Origin: a virus | IMG/VR virus record: IMGVR_UViG_3300043331_000919 | Coordinates: 15,507-79,506 of that record | DNA length: 64,000 bases | Strand: one strand, 5' to 3' | Shown here: positions 29,764-39,341 of the stretch, piece after piece | Position numbering within the stretch: the first letter of the stretch is position 1 | How the letters are laid out: each line of letters starts with the position of its first letter | Made by a program: the position numbers and the translations under genes | The notes under the pieces: generated by a model | The model's input: the letters and a program-made list of their open reading frames with translations, nothing else | Databases searched by the model: none | What the model was told of the DNA's origin: nothing

Positions 29764-30206
29764 CAGGTGTGGACCCGCTGCTGCCGGGGCCCGATCTTGC
29801 AGTCCGGGTCACCCGGGAACGTCCCGGTGTCGTCCGGCCAGACCAGCTGCAGCGCGGTGATCACCCCGAAGGTGCCGACCGCGGCCACCATGTCGGCACG
29901 CCACGGGTCGATCGCGATCGGGAAGCCCGGCACGCCAGCGTCGAAGGCATCCGGCACCGGCCGGCCATGCTCGAACGGGCGTTGGGTGTCGAGCTCGACC
30001 AGGTGGCGCAGCAGATCCTCGGCGTGCTCGGGCGAGAACGGGCCGCTGATCAGCAGCTCCGGCCGGCCGTGCATGGTCCGCCCCACGGTGTAGGCGTACG
30101 CGACGCCCAGGTGGTCGTGGCCGAAGTGCACGCCGTAGCCGTGGTCGAGGATCAGCTGCTGGAACAACTCCCGCAGCTCCTCCAGCGACTTCTTCGGGTC
30201 AGTCAC
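29763..30206 (-). CDS. DUF4262-like protein
   Basis: AYTVG..HGRPELLISG...LQLVWPDDTGTFP. Confidence 0.7.
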   Translation of the reverse strand: MTDPKKSLEELRELFQQLILDHGYGVHFGHDHLGVAYAYTVGRTMHGRPELLISGPFSPEHAEDLLRHLVELDTQRPFEHGRPVPDAFDAGVPGFPIAIDPWRADMVAAVGTFGVITALQLVWPDDTGTFPGDPDCKIGPRQQRVHT

Positions 30207-30579
30207 GCGGGACTCCTTCCGTTACGAGGTCAACGAGGCGTCGACCGCATCGTTCCCCGGGGTCGACCGCGGGGCCGTAGTCGTCGTTGAACTCGCCGCG
30301 ATCGCCGTCGCTGGCCCGGGCGGACCAGGAGACGCAGCAACGAGGGCAGGCGAAGGAGTCGCCGTCACCCTCGACCTCTTGCCGACAGCCGGTGCAGACC
30401 GGGTACGTGAACTCGATCTGAGGTGGCTCGGTCTTGCCGTTGAGCTCGCGGCGACGCTTCGAGCAGTGGCAGAGGCTCGACCGCTCGCGCTGCTCGCAGT
30501 CGTCGTCGTGCAGCCCGCGTGCGAGCGCGTCGGCGTAGCGATCCAGGTGCTGCGCGTTCCAGCTGACGAGGTCGACCAT
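30199..30579 (-). CDS. Cys-rich hypothetical protein
   Basis: CxC and CxxC motifs. Confidence 0.55.
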   Translation of the reverse strand: MVDLVSWNAQHLDRYADALARGLHDDDCEQRERSSLCHCSKRRRELNGKTEPPQIEFTYPVCTGCRQEVEGDGDSFACPRCCVSWSARASDGDRGEFNDDYGPAVDPGERCGRRLVDLVTEGVPRD

Positions 30580-30974
30580 CAGTCGCGCACCTCCCCGCGG
30601 GGCGGGCCGGCGATGACCTCGCCGAGCCGGTACGGAATCATCGCGTCGTCGTAGAGCGGGTTCTCCGGATCGTCGGGTCGGTCGAGCTGAGTGGCGGCGC
30701 TGATGCGGAGGACGTGTGCGGCGGAGAGCGCGAGGTGCCGGCGGGACGTGGCCGCGGGCTTGACGACGAGCACGTCGGTGACCAGTCCGCCGGGCGCGAA
30801 GGCGACGCCAACGAGCCGGGCAAGGATAGAGGTGGCGCCCTCGACCTTCCGGTCGTGGCCGTACTCGATGAGCACGGGATGGCCGTGGGAGCTGGCGACG
30901 ACAGCCTCCAGCATGCCGCGACGCTCCTTGACGGGAAGGCGGGCGATGAGTCGGTCGTGCATGGCCTTACCCAT
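30579..30974 (-). CDS. Hypothetical protein
   Basis: Coupled ORF. Confidence 0.5.
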   Translation of the reverse strand: MGKAMHDRLIARLPVKERRGMLEAVVASSHGHPVLIEYGHDRKVEGATSILARLVGVAFAPGGLVTDVLVVKPAATSRRHLALSAAHVLRISAATQLDRPDDPENPLYDDAMIPYRLGEVIAGPPRGEVRD

Positions 30975-31332
30975 CGTGCACCTCCCCGCGCGGCGCGGTG
31001 CCGCCGCCCGCGATCGGGTAGTGCTCGAACGGGTCGCCCAAGAAGGCGTCGGTGCAGTCGGGGCAACGCACGTCCTCCTTGCGGCCGTGACGCTCCTCGC
31101 TGACCAGGCGTCGGTTCTTGCAGGTTGCGCAGTCGCCGTACCGGATGGCCGCGGTGACGTCGCGCAGGTTGGCGAAGGCGTGGTTGATCACCGCCCGGGC
31201 GAAGTCGGCCTGCTCGCGCGGCGGGATCTTCCCGGTGAACACCCGCTCGCCAGTCGTGGCGTCTGAGGCGTTGATCAGGAGGTTGCGATCGGGATCATGG
31301 TCGACCCCGAAGATCAGGTTCTGCTTGCCCAT
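30967..31332 (-). CDS. Zinc-ribbon hypothetical protein
   Basis: RBS AGGAGG; CATC...CPDC. Confidence 0.6.
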   Translation of the reverse strand: MGKQNLIFGVDHDPDRNLLINASDATTGERVFTGKIPPREQADFARAVINHAFANLRDVTAAIRYGDCATCKNRRLVSEERHGRKEDVRCPDCTDAFLGDPFEHYPIAGGGTAPRGEVHDG

Positions 31333-31356
31333 TGACGGGCCTCCTACGGTAGATGG

Positions 31357-31698
31357 GTGAGCACTGCTGAGTTGGAGCTGGAACGCCTCGGGCTGGTCCC
31401 AACGGACGTTCGGGACTACGTGCTGGAGCGGGATCACTCCTGCTGTCGCGTCTGCGGTCGCTACGTCGAGGAGCCAGCCCTCCACCACGTCGTCTTCAGG
31501 AGCCAGGGCGGCCTGGACGTGCCCAGCAACCTGATCACCATCGGCTGGGTGCCGTGGCACGACTGCCACCTCCCCATCGCCCATGGTCCCGAGTCCCGGA
31601 CGTGGCGGGAGATCTTCCTCGCCATCGCCGACCGGCCCGGCATCACGGCTCTTCAGGCTCGTCGGTGGCAAGCCACGCCTCCACCGACTCTCGGCTGA
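31357..31698 (+). CDS. HNH endonuclease
   Basis: VLERDHSCCRVCG...LHHVVFRSQGG...SNLITI...CH. Confidence 0.8.
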   Translation: MSTAELELERLGLVPTDVRDYVLERDHSCCRVCGRYVEEPALHHVVFRSQGGLDVPSNLITIGWVPWHDCHLPIAHGPESRTWREIFLAIADRPGITALQARRWQATPPPTLG

Positions 31699-31930
31699 GC
31701 TCGGCCGGCGGCGCGTCCACTCGCTCCAGGCAGTCCGCGTCGAGCACGATCCCCTTGGAGCCCGAGTCGTCGGGGGCCTTCACGAACAGCAGGGTGACGA
31801 CCCCGTCCTCGCGCAGCTCAGGCACCTCGGCGCGGGCGAGCACCACCTCGCCGACGTCCCACCAGCAGTTGCGGTGGGCGCCGTACAGCGTGGGCGACTT
31901 CACGACGCGGTAGCGCAGCCAGGCGCTCAC
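31643..31930 (-). CDS. Small protein, C-terminal tag (ELSRESVEAWLAT)
   Basis: GTGA overlap with the ruvB-like gene. Confidence 0.55.
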   Translation of the reverse strand: MSAWLRYRVVKSPTLYGAHRNCWWDVGEVVLARAEVPELREDGVVTLLFVKAPDDSGSKGIVLDADCLERVDAPPAELSRESVEAWLATDEPEEP

Positions 31931-32946
31931 GAACCCTCCCGGATCGCCTTGGCCTCCTCGCGAGCCCGCGCGAAGCCGTAGTCGGTGAGCTTGCGGCCCC
32001 GGCCGGTGATCGTGATGAGCCCGCGCTGCAGCAGCTGCTGCTCGTGGTGGTGGATCGGGCCCGGCTCGTTGAGGTTCGCCCGGATCGAGTCAGCCGACAT
32101 GGTCCGCCCCTCGGCGAACGCGAGCAGGATCAGGATCTCCCGAGCGATCACGGTCAGGCCGTCGGCGGAGACGCCGGCCCACCGAAACGCCGTGGCCAGG
32201 TCGGGGTGACCCTCGGGCGCGGCGTACGACAGGTCCCGCACCCCGGTGAGGATCTGCCTCATCACCCGCGGGTTGCAGTCGGCGGCCCGGGCGATCTGCC
32301 GGAAGTGCTCGTCGGCGAGGCCGGCTACCTGCATCCGCTCGGCGAGCGATGCGGCGATGCAGGCGCCCTCCTGGTCGGAGTACGGCACGATCGTGGGCTG
32401 AACCATGAAGCGGGAGATGAGGGTCTGGGGCAGGCGGCCAACGTCCGTTGTCGCCGCCACCACCGTGATGTGGGGCATCTCCTCGGCGCCGCGGCTGGTG
32501 TAGAGCACGCCCTCGGTCATGAACGGCAGCAGCCAGTCGGCGCGGTTCCGGTTCCCCGAGGTGAGCAGGTGCGCCTCGTCGATGAACAGGATGTCCCGAT
32601 CCTCCATCGCCGACATCAGCGACTTCGCCTCGCCGGCGGTCAGCGGGCCGGTGGTCTGTACGAGACCCACCTCGGCGTGCCCGGCGATCAGTGCGGCCAG
32701 CGTCGACTTGCCGACGCCGTGCAGGCCCGACGCGAGCAGCGTGTGGTCGATCCGCGCGCCACGGGCTCGGGCTGACGCGATCGCGACCTGCAGCTGGTGC
32801 TTGGCCTCGGTCTGGCCGACGAAGCCGTCCCAGGTGCGCGGGTAGTCGGTGCCCTCGAAGATGGCCTCGCCGCGCTTCGGCGCCGGCGTGGCCGTGTCTT
32901 GGTCACTGAACAGGTCGTCCAGGATGTGCTGCGGGATGCCTCCCAC
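31927..32946 (-). CDS. ruvB: RuvB-like AAA+ ATPase
   Basis: PRTWDGFVGQ, IDHTLL, GVGKSTLA, LFIDEAH, VAATT, SRF, NPR, C-terminal winged helix TGRGR. Confidence 0.85.
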   Translation of the reverse strand: MGGIPQHILDDLFSDQDTATPAPKRGEAIFEGTDYPRTWDGFVGQTEAKHQLQVAIASARARGARIDHTLLASGLHGVGKSTLAALIAGHAEVGLVQTTGPLTAGEAKSLMSAMEDRDILFIDEAHLLTSGNRNRADWLLPFMTEGVLYTSRGAEEMPHITVVAATTDVGRLPQTLISRFMVQPTIVPYSDQEGACIAASLAERMQVAGLADEHFRQIARAADCNPRVMRQILTGVRDLSYAAPEGHPDLATAFRWAGVSADGLTVIAREILILLAFAEGRTMSADSIRANLNEPGPIHHHEQQLLQRGLITITGRGRKLTDYGFARAREEAKAIREGS

Positions 32947-33058
32947 GGGGACTCCTCTCTCTCGGTGTGGCGATCAGGTGGGCGAGGCGACTGCGGAGCC
33001 GCCTCACGCCGTGGTCACCTCGCTGGCTGGGCACGCAACCCGACACCAGCAGTAGCGC

Positions 33059-33433
33059 TCACCCATCGCCGTTCCTGGTGGCCTCGCGGGCAACAGCGCG
33101 GAGGTCCAGCTCGATGCAGGCAAAGCAGTCGGGCTCGCCCTCACACCCGGAGTTGTGCTCCCAGCCCGAGTCGCCGTGGATGCTGTCCGCGATGGCGCTG
33201 ACCCGCCCGGCGAGGGCGGTGATCTTCGCGGCGAGGTCGGCGGCACCCGCAGCACGAGCCTCGGCCTTGATGCGGGCGACCGAGGCGAGCAGGTCGCTGA
33301 CCTCGTGCTCCACGTAGCCGTCGGATGCCTCGTTGTGCAGCGGGCAGATCGCCTCGTGGCATCGGCAGGCAAGGGCGTCCTGCTCCAGCTCGGTCAGGGT
33401 GTCGGTGTGCGCGGCGGCGTCAGGCGTGGTCAT
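33059..33433 (-). CDS. Hypothetical protein
   Basis: CRC..CPLH; H..C....DCFAC. Confidence 0.5.
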   Translation of the reverse strand: MTTPDAAAHTDTLTELEQDALACRCHEAICPLHNEASDGYVEHEVSDLLASVARIKAEARAAGAADLAAKITALAGRVSAIADSIHGDSGWEHNSGCEGEPDCFACIELDLRAVAREATRNGDG

Positions 33434-33863
33434 CGGCCACCACTCCCTTGCCTCGGCACCGCCAGCACGGCACGTCGCTTCCTTGCTGGTGGTCGATTCC
33501 GGCCCCCTTGCACCACGAACAGGTGGTGTCGGCCTCGCGGGTGGGCTGACTGTCGGGCACAGGGTCGAAGGCGGCGCGAGGGCAGTCGGGAAAGTGCCAC
33601 CACTGGTTCGCCGCGAACGCCTCGGAGCCACAGGTGCAGGGCTGGCTGTCGGCGGACCCAGCGAGACGGTCCTGGGCGAGCAGGTCTCCGACGATGCTCT
33701 CAGCCTCGGCGCGCAGGCGCTCCCAGCCCTCGGCTGTCCCCTTCGGATCGTCCGGGTCGGGGTCGTCGTACCCGTCGGCGAAGTGCTCGGGGATGTTCGC
33801 CGACTTGGTGAACTGGAGCGCGTCGAGGATGACGTGCAGGTGGTCGACTGACAGGTCGCTCAC
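33420..33863 (-). CDS. Hypothetical protein with DnaJ-like CxxCxGxG repeats
   Basis: CSWCKGAG...CWRCRGKG. Confidence 0.55.
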   Translation of the reverse strand: MSDLSVDHLHVILDALQFTKSANIPEHFADGYDDPDPDDPKGTAEGWERLRAEAESIVGDLLAQDRLAGSADSQPCTCGSEAFAANQWWHFPDCPRAAFDPVPDSQPTREADTTCSWCKGAGIDHQQGSDVPCWRCRGKGVVADDHA

Positions 33864-34543
33864 TCGATCTCCTCTCTCAGGACGTGCTTGATGCTGGCCT
33901 CGTCGACCGGCCAGAGCATGTCGTGCAGCGTGAACGTGTGCTTCTCGGCGAGCCACATCACGGTGCCGTTGGCGTCGAACACGGCGAGCGGCTCGTTCTC
34001 TGCGTCGCGGAGCACCATCGCTGCCACTCCGTGGTAGGCGTCTGGGCCCTTGTTCGTCGCGCGGAAGCCGCTGGGCGCGAACGAGCCGCGAGCGTGCGCG
34101 CCGTAGGCGTCCTCGAACGACTCCCGGGCGAGTCGCAGGTTCTCGATCGTGGGCGCAAGGTACGGCGGGCACTGCCAGGCCCAGTCGACCATCTGCTCGC
34201 CGTCCTGGTAGGCCACGGCGAACAGTGCGATCGGCTTGCCGTCCGGGCCGGTGAGCGACTCCCAGCGCCACTCGGTGCCGTCCGGCGCCTGGTAACGCAC
34301 GTTCGCAGGATCCTTCGCCTGCTCCTTCAACATCGCCTTCCTCTCCGGCCACGCGTCGATGGTGGCCGTGATCTTCTTGTAGCCGGAGGCGCCGATGCCT
34401 CGCAGTCTGCGGACCTGCTTGTTGTCGACCAGCTCGGCGAGCTGTTCGAGCGTGGTGATGCCCGACTGCGCCAACGCGTTGAGCTCCCGAGTTCCCAGCG
34501 CACCCCACGGCTCGGTTGCCCCGAGTTCCACTGAAGTGCTCAT
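33860..34543 (-). CDS. Protein with RNA polymerase alpha-CTD-like N-terminal domain
   Basis: LGTRELNALAQSGITTLEQL...LRGIGASGYKKI resembles the alpha-CTD pattern LSVRxxNxLxxxGIxT...NxGxKS. Confidence 0.65.
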   Translation of the reverse strand: MSTSVELGATEPWGALGTRELNALAQSGITTLEQLAELVDNKQVRRLRGIGASGYKKITATIDAWPERKAMLKEQAKDPANVRYQAPDGTEWRWESLTGPDGKPIALFAVAYQDGEQMVDWAWQCPPYLAPTIENLRLARESFEDAYGAHARGSFAPSGFRATNKGPDAYHGVAAMVLRDAENEPLAVFDANGTVMWLAEKHTFTLHDMLWPVDEASIKHVLREEIE

Positions 34544-34800
34544 TCCTCTCCTCCTTCTCGATTGCGGTTGAGCGGGTCGCTCTCCCCGCGGGCGACCCAG
34601 TACTCGTTCATCACGAGCCCGTGAGCGAGGATCAGTCGGTCGGCGAGCAGCTGCAGCTGACGCGACTGCTGCACCCTGGCCTCCCGCTCCCGCTTCGGGC
34701 CTCTGTTGTCTCCCGAGTCACGGTGATCGGCACCGTGAAGTTCATCGGTCAGGTCCAGCACGTCGTCGAGCACGCTCTGCACCTTGGACAGGTCGATCAC
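34540..34800 (-). CDS. Hypothetical protein
   Basis: GTGA overlap. Confidence 0.55.
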   Translation of the reverse strand: MIDLSKVQSVLDDVLDLTDELHGADHRDSGDNRGPKREREARVQQSRQLQLLADRLILAHGLVMNEYWVARGESDPLNRNREGGEE

Positions 34801-35114
34801 CCGTCACCTCCATCCAGCCAGAGCTCTACGAGCTCGCGGTTGTCCAGGTCGATGGGGGCCTCGTGGATCGTGTCCGACTCCGGCCACCAGAAGGGATCGC
34901 GAGTGCAGGTGTCCGGTCGATCTGCGAGTGGCTCGAAGACGATGTGCGCCCCGCCCGTAGTTGGTCGCGTCAGGTTGGCGAAGCGATCCCGAGTCTTCGC
35001 AGGCAGCTCTGAGAGGTCGCGAACGACACCGGGCAGCCCGATCCACTCGAACTGATTCAGGGGTGGCGAGGCGCGCGAGATCAGCACACGGTCGCCGGGG
35101 CGGAACCTACTCAT
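34797..35114 (-). CDS. KOW/SH3-like protein, C-terminal tag (IDLDNRELVELWLDG)
   Basis: MSRFRPGDRVLI. Confidence 0.6.
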   Translation of the reverse strand: MSRFRPGDRVLISRASPPLNQFEWIGLPGVVRDLSELPAKTRDRFANLTRPTTGGAHIVFEPLADRPDTCTRDPFWWPESDTIHEAPIDLDNRELVELWLDGGDG

Positions 35115-35382
35115 CGAGCCACTCCTCCAATGCCTCGCGGTCGTCGATCGGCACCACGCGGCCGAGGTAGGCGACCCGCTGCTCGCGGGTGACCTCCAGC
35201 ACGTTGCCTTCGACCGGAAGGGCGTAGACGCGTTCCCCATTGACGAAGGGCCCGGGCCGGAGCGGGTCGACGCACAGCCAGGTCTCGGCGAATGGCCGCA
35301 TGCGCCGGTCTACGCGCGCGAACCGGTCGCCGGGCCGCAGGTCGATCGCAAGGATGATGGGCGGCGCGAGGTCGTCAGTCAT
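35107..35382 (-). CDS. KOW/SH3-like protein, C-terminal tag (PIDDREALEEWLDE)
   Basis: DLRPGDRF. Confidence 0.6.
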   Translation of the reverse strand: MTDDLAPPIILAIDLRPGDRFARVDRRMRPFAETWLCVDPLRPGPFVNGERVYALPVEGNVLEVTREQRVAYLGRVVPIDDREALEEWLDE

Positions 35383-35521
35383 CGAGGAACTCCTCCGCTC
35401 CATCGCGGGTCGACAGGTCAGGACGCTCGGCCACCCGTTCGGACTCCTGGATCCGGCGGGTCGCCGGGCAGTCGCGGGGCTCATGGTCTCCGTCGCAAAG
35501 TCCGCAGTATGCGTCAGTCAT
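35375..35521 (-). CDS. 48-aa Zn-knuckle protein, C-terminal tag (PDLSTRDGAEEFLDD); not in ORF track
   Basis: MTDAYCGLCDGDHEPRDCP...; ATGACTGA overlaps at both ends. Confidence 0.6.
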   Translation of the reverse strand: MTDAYCGLCDGDHEPRDCPATRRIQESERVAERPDLSTRDGAEEFLDD

Positions 35522-36500
35522 CGAGCATCGCCTCCCGCAGGCCGCGGAGCGCCTCGTGCGCCACCTCCGCGGCAGCCGCCGTCACGTCCTGGTTCACCTG
35601 CAGGTTCTCCATGTGCTCCGTCGCGTTGTTGAGCACCTCGTCGTAGCGGGCCTGCAGCTTGGCGTACGCCGCCGGCGTGATCGACTTCCGCGTCGACAGC
35701 AGCTCGTCGACCTCGCGCGTCAGGTCGCGCAGCGACTGGCTGGCCTCCCGCTCGAACACCTTCGCCATGAACGCGCGTTCCCGCTCTAGGTCGACCATCG
35801 GGATCATGTTCATGTGGCAGCCACCGCCGAAGCGGCTGACCAGATCTGCGACCCGGGCGAGCTCGTCGTCACGACTGGAGTGCACGAAGTAGACGCCGCC
35901 CTTGATCTCGATGGCGTTGAGCTTCTTCAGGTAGCTGCGGATGCAGCCGCGGACCTTCTGGCCGTCGAGGAAGTCGTAGTAGTCGTGGTAGCGCGACACG
36001 ATGTCCTTCGCCACCTGCTGCACCAGGGTGAGCTCGCCCTTCTCCAGGTTGGTCGGGTTCACCTGCACGCGCAGGTGGGCGGCGCTCTGGTCGTCGGCCT
36101 TGGTGGGCCGGTAGAAGGTGCAGGTGATCGCCTCGGTGTAGGAGAGCCGGCGCTTGCCGCCGTCCTTGACCTCCCGGGTGATCTGGCGGGTGATGTAGTT
36201 CGGCGTCGAGGAGACCTCGCGGCACAGCAGGTTGCCGGTGCGGTCCTTGGACATCGGGTAGGTGTCCTTGGTGTCCGAGGTGGCCTTCTTGAAGGCGTCG
36301 AGGTACTTGTTCGGCGCCGGCAGGTAGGCCTCGTCGAGGTCGAGGTCGCGGAACCACTTCACCATGTCGTCGCGTCGGATGGGCTCGTCGGTGATCGTGA
36401 ACAGCACGATCCGGCCGAGCAGAACGTCCGTTGGTAGGTCGTTCAGCTCGTCGATGTACGCCCGGAGCTCGGACGGCTTGGACTTCTTCGCTGTGGCCAT
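35514..36500 (-). CDS. Conserved-looking hypothetical protein, 328 aa
   Basis: Strong codon bias, RBS GGGAGG, GGVYFV motif, helical C-terminus. Confidence 0.75.
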   Translation of the reverse strand: MATAKKSKPSELRAYIDELNDLPTDVLLGRIVLFTITDEPIRRDDMVKWFRDLDLDEAYLPAPNKYLDAFKKATSDTKDTYPMSKDRTGNLLCREVSSTPNYITRQITREVKDGGKRRLSYTEAITCTFYRPTKADDQSAAHLRVQVNPTNLEKGELTLVQQVAKDIVSRYHDYYDFLDGQKVRGCIRSYLKKLNAIEIKGGVYFVHSSRDDELARVADLVSRFGGGCHMNMIPMVDLERERAFMAKVFEREASQSLRDLTREVDELLSTRKSITPAAYAKLQARYDEVLNNATEHMENLQVNQDVTAAAAEVAHEALRGLREAMLDD

Positions 36501-36748
36501 GGGCCAGCCTCCCGTTGAGGTCTGTCAGAGGACGGAGTCGATGTACTCGCGGAGCACCTTCCCGCACAACTCGCAGCGCTCGGTGATGCGCAGAGAGCCG
36601 TTCCGGTCCGGGCTAGGGGCTTCCTCGACCATGTGGTCGTGGCAGTCGTGGTTGGTGATGTTCTCCTCGCGGAACTCGTCGTCCTCGGCCTCGGCGCGCT
36701 CGTACTCGGCCTGGATCGAGTGTGCCCAGGCGATCGGGTCGCGCTCGC

Positions 36749-37141
36749 TCACGAGCTCGCCCACCCGAAGAAGACGAACTGGTGGCTCTGCCTGACGGGC
36801 GCGTCGAGCCACTCGTCCAGGCTTTGACCCGGCGCCGGCTTGTCACTGCCGTCGGCGCGCGGCGGGGCGTCGGGCTCCAGGATCGGGATGCAGCCGGCCG
36901 GGCCCCACTTGTCGGCGATCAGGTGGTGGTCCTCGCTGCACATCCGCTCGGCCAGCGCGATCGCGTCGTGGTGGAGCAGGCCGTTCTTGTGCTCTGGGAT
37001 GAGCGTGAACTCGTCCTTCTCGGCGATCGTGCCGGTGTAGCCACCGTGGCCGTGCTCGTAGGCGGCGTCGGACACCGCGCGTTGGAACGCGGTCTTCGCG
37101 TCCGTCCCGGTGGCAACGGTGATGAAGGTCTCGGCTCCCAT
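36749..37141 (-). CDS. Hypothetical protein (YEHGHGGYTGTIAEK), tag-like insert SLDEWLDA
   Basis: RBS AGGAGGA. Confidence 0.65.
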   Translation of the reverse strand: MGAETFITVATGTDAKTAFQRAVSDAAYEHGHGGYTGTIAEKDEFTLIPEHKNGLLHHDAIALAERMCSEDHHLIADKWGPAGCIPILEPDAPPRADGSDKPAPGQSLDEWLDAPVRQSHQFVFFGWASS

Positions 37142-37144
37142 GTG

Positions 37145-37462
37145 TCAGTCCTCCTTGTCGAGCCAGCGCTCGACTGCGTGCGTGTCGTTCATGTCGGGGA
37201 TCGCAGACTCGACGACCTCCAGGCAGCGGAAGTCGACGCCGATCGCCATGCTGTCCTCGTCGAGGTCTGTCCCGTTCGAGGCGTAGACGCCGTCGCCCCA
37301 GAGAACCCAGGCGATGCCGGGGCTGCTGGTGTCGATCTCGGTGACCTCGCCCATCGCGCCGATCCCGGCGTATGGCCTGCAGAGACCCTCCGTCGCTCCG
37401 CGGAAGGTCAGGTTGGTCGCGAGGCGCACTCGGTCGCCCTCGCGGATCACGAGTCGAGCCAT
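37145..37462 (-). CDS. KOW/SH3-like protein, C-terminal tag (PDMNDTHAVERWLDK)
   Basis: IREGDRVRL. Confidence 0.6.
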   Translation of the reverse strand: MARLVIREGDRVRLATNLTFRGATEGLCRPYAGIGAMGEVTEIDTSSPGIAWVLWGDGVYASNGTDLDEDSMAIGVDFRCLEVVESAIPDMNDTHAVERWLDKED

Positions 37463-37779
37463 GCCTCCACCTCCTCGCGGTCTGTGCTCTCCGGAGCGTC
37501 GTACTTCCTGGTGGGCAGGGCCACCCCGGCGTAGCTCTGGATGCAAGCCCAGAGTCGCTCGCCGGCGTCCTTGCACTTGCGGCGCTCCATCGACTGGCCG
37601 CGCGCCGTGGTGGCCGCGGCGACCGCGTAGAAGACCGCGTTGCGTGCATCTTCGAGCGGGACGCTCTCGCCCTCCGCGAGGCGGAGCAGCACGTTGCGCC
37701 ACTCGTCGAGCACCTTCCGCAGCGTGCTCAACTCCCGCGCGTCAGCCCGCCGGGGCTCGGCGAGGTGAATGAACAGCAT
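37447..37779 (-). CDS. Helical protein, C-terminal tag (ESTDREEVEAWLDS)
   Basis: RBS GAGGAGAG. Confidence 0.6.
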   Translation of the reverse strand: MLFIHLAEPRRADARELSTLRKVLDEWRNVLLRLAEGESVPLEDARNAVFYAVAAATTARGQSMERRKCKDAGERLWACIQSYAGVALPTRKYDAPESTDREEVEAWLDS

Positions 37780-37787
37780 GGCTCTCC

Positions 37788-39341
37788 TCAGATCGTCCGG
37801 AACAGTTCCTGCACGCCCTCGGGGGAGGCGTTCAGGCTGTTGATGTTCATGCAGCGGTCGGCGAGATCCTTCAGGTTGTTGCGGAACGGCTCGCCACCGA
37901 TCTGCAGCCCGTAGCAGCGGATGCCGGCGGACTCGCGCAGCTCGCGCCACTCCTCGATGAACTCGGGGCTGACCCGGCAGTCGTCGTCGGTGATGAAGAC
38001 GACGTCGGGCAGGTCGCGCCCGCCGCGCTGGTAGTCGCGCACGATGTTCGCGGCCATGGCGATGGGCCGCTCGTACTGCGTGCCGCCGGAGAAGAAGTGC
38101 TCGGTGAACTCGATGACCTTCTCGATCGCCATGACGCCGCCGGGGAAGTCGATGCGCCACTGCTGGCTCGGGCTGGAGAAGCCGATGTAGGTGAAGTCCC
38201 GGCCGCCCCGGCGCGCCTGGTCGCACAGCGCCAGCGCCACGGCCTTCGACCACGCCTCGCGGGTGTTGCCCTCGTCGTCGACGCGAGCGCCCATCGAGCC
38301 GGACTCGTCGCAGACCACGATGATCGGGCCCTTGCCGGCGCGCTCCGGGCCCACGGTCTCCCACTGCATGAGCTGGTGCCGGTGGTAGCGCAGCCAGAAC
38401 TGGTCCTCCAGCTCAGGGATCGCCAGCGCGTTGATCTCGTTGGCGACCAGCTTCGCGATGTCGCGGCCAGTGGTGACGTCGCGGCGCTCGGCCGGCGCGC
38501 CGGTGACCTTGCGACGACGCTCGGCGTCCGCGAACTGGCGGAACGCGCCCACGAGGTCGGCGAGCTGCTTGATCTTGCCCCGGTCCAGGCGCTCCGCGAG
38601 GCGCCGGCGCTCCTCGAACGACATGCGCTGCAGCGTGCCGTCCTCCACGCCGTAGCCCTGCATGGCCTCCTGCTCGGCCTCGATCTTGTCCGCGGCGTCC
38701 TTCAGGCCCTTCTTCACCTGCTCCTTGGCCTGCTCGGCGTTCGCCTCGGCGTCGCCCTCGGCCTGCGCCATGGCGGCCATCGCCTGCGCGAGCGACTCCG
38801 CGGCCTCCTCCTGGCCCTCGCCACTCTGCTGGGCCGCCTGCGCCGCTGCCAGCGCCTCCTGCAGCGCCTGCTGTGCTTGCGCGACGGCCTCGTTGATCTC
38901 GTCGGCGGCCTGCATCATGTCGTCCATGCGGTCGCGCATCGTGATCATGGCCAGCGCGGTGTTGTACTCGTCGAGCTTGGTGTGTGACCGGATGTAGGAG
39001 AACTCCTCGTCCTCGAACATCTGCCCGAGCATCGCGTGCTGCGCGACGTACTCCGGCTTCATCCGCGCCTGCTCGGTGAACCGCGGGTCTGCCTGGTTGA
39101 GCAGGTTGAACAGATCCTGGTAGCCGGCGCGCGCGGTGTCACGCTCCTCGGCGGCCTCGTTGACCTGCTCAGCGAGCGCGGGCACCTGGTCCAGCGTGGT
39201 GAGGTAGGCGAACCGGTCGAACCGGTCGAACTTCACCGCGTGCGTCTCGGTCGGTGTGACCGGCTTCGACGCGGCGACGGGGTCGTCCCAGAAGTCGTCG
39301 CCCTGCGCCTTCGCGATCATCTTGTCGAGGTACTCGCTCAT
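37788..39341 (-). CDS. VWA-domain protein (ViaA-like)
   Basis: MIDAS DESGSM, GGT, VFITDD; KGPIIVVCD. Confidence 0.88.
   Translation of the reverse strand: MSEYLDKMIAKAQGDDFWDDPVAASKPVTPTETHAVKFDRFDRFAYLTTLDQVPALAEQVNEAAEERDTARAGYQDLFNLLNQADPRFTEQARMKPEYVAQHAMLGQMFEDEEFSYIRSHTKLDEYNTALAMITMRDRMDDMMQAADEINEAVAQAQQALQEALAAAQAAQQSGEGQEEAAESLAQAMAAMAQAEGDAEANAEQAKEQVKKGLKDAADKIEAEQEAMQGYGVEDGTLQRMSFEERRRLAERLDRGKIKQLADLVGAFRQFADAERRRKVTGAPAERRDVTTGRDIAKLVANEINALAIPELEDQFWLRYHRHQLMQWETVGPERAGKGPIIVVCDESGSMGARVDDEGNTREAWSKAVALALCDQARRGGRDFTYIGFSSPSQQWRIDFPGGVMAIEKVIEFTEHFFSGGTQYERPIAMAANIVRDYQRGGRDLPDVVFITDDDCRVSPEFIEEWRELRESAGIRCYGLQIGGEPFRNNLKDLADRCMNINSLNASPEGVQELFRTI

Noticed and set aside
31357-31698. 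HNH gene as part of an intron or intein
   Set aside because: It is free-standing between intact genes; no split host gene or splicing motifs were seen.
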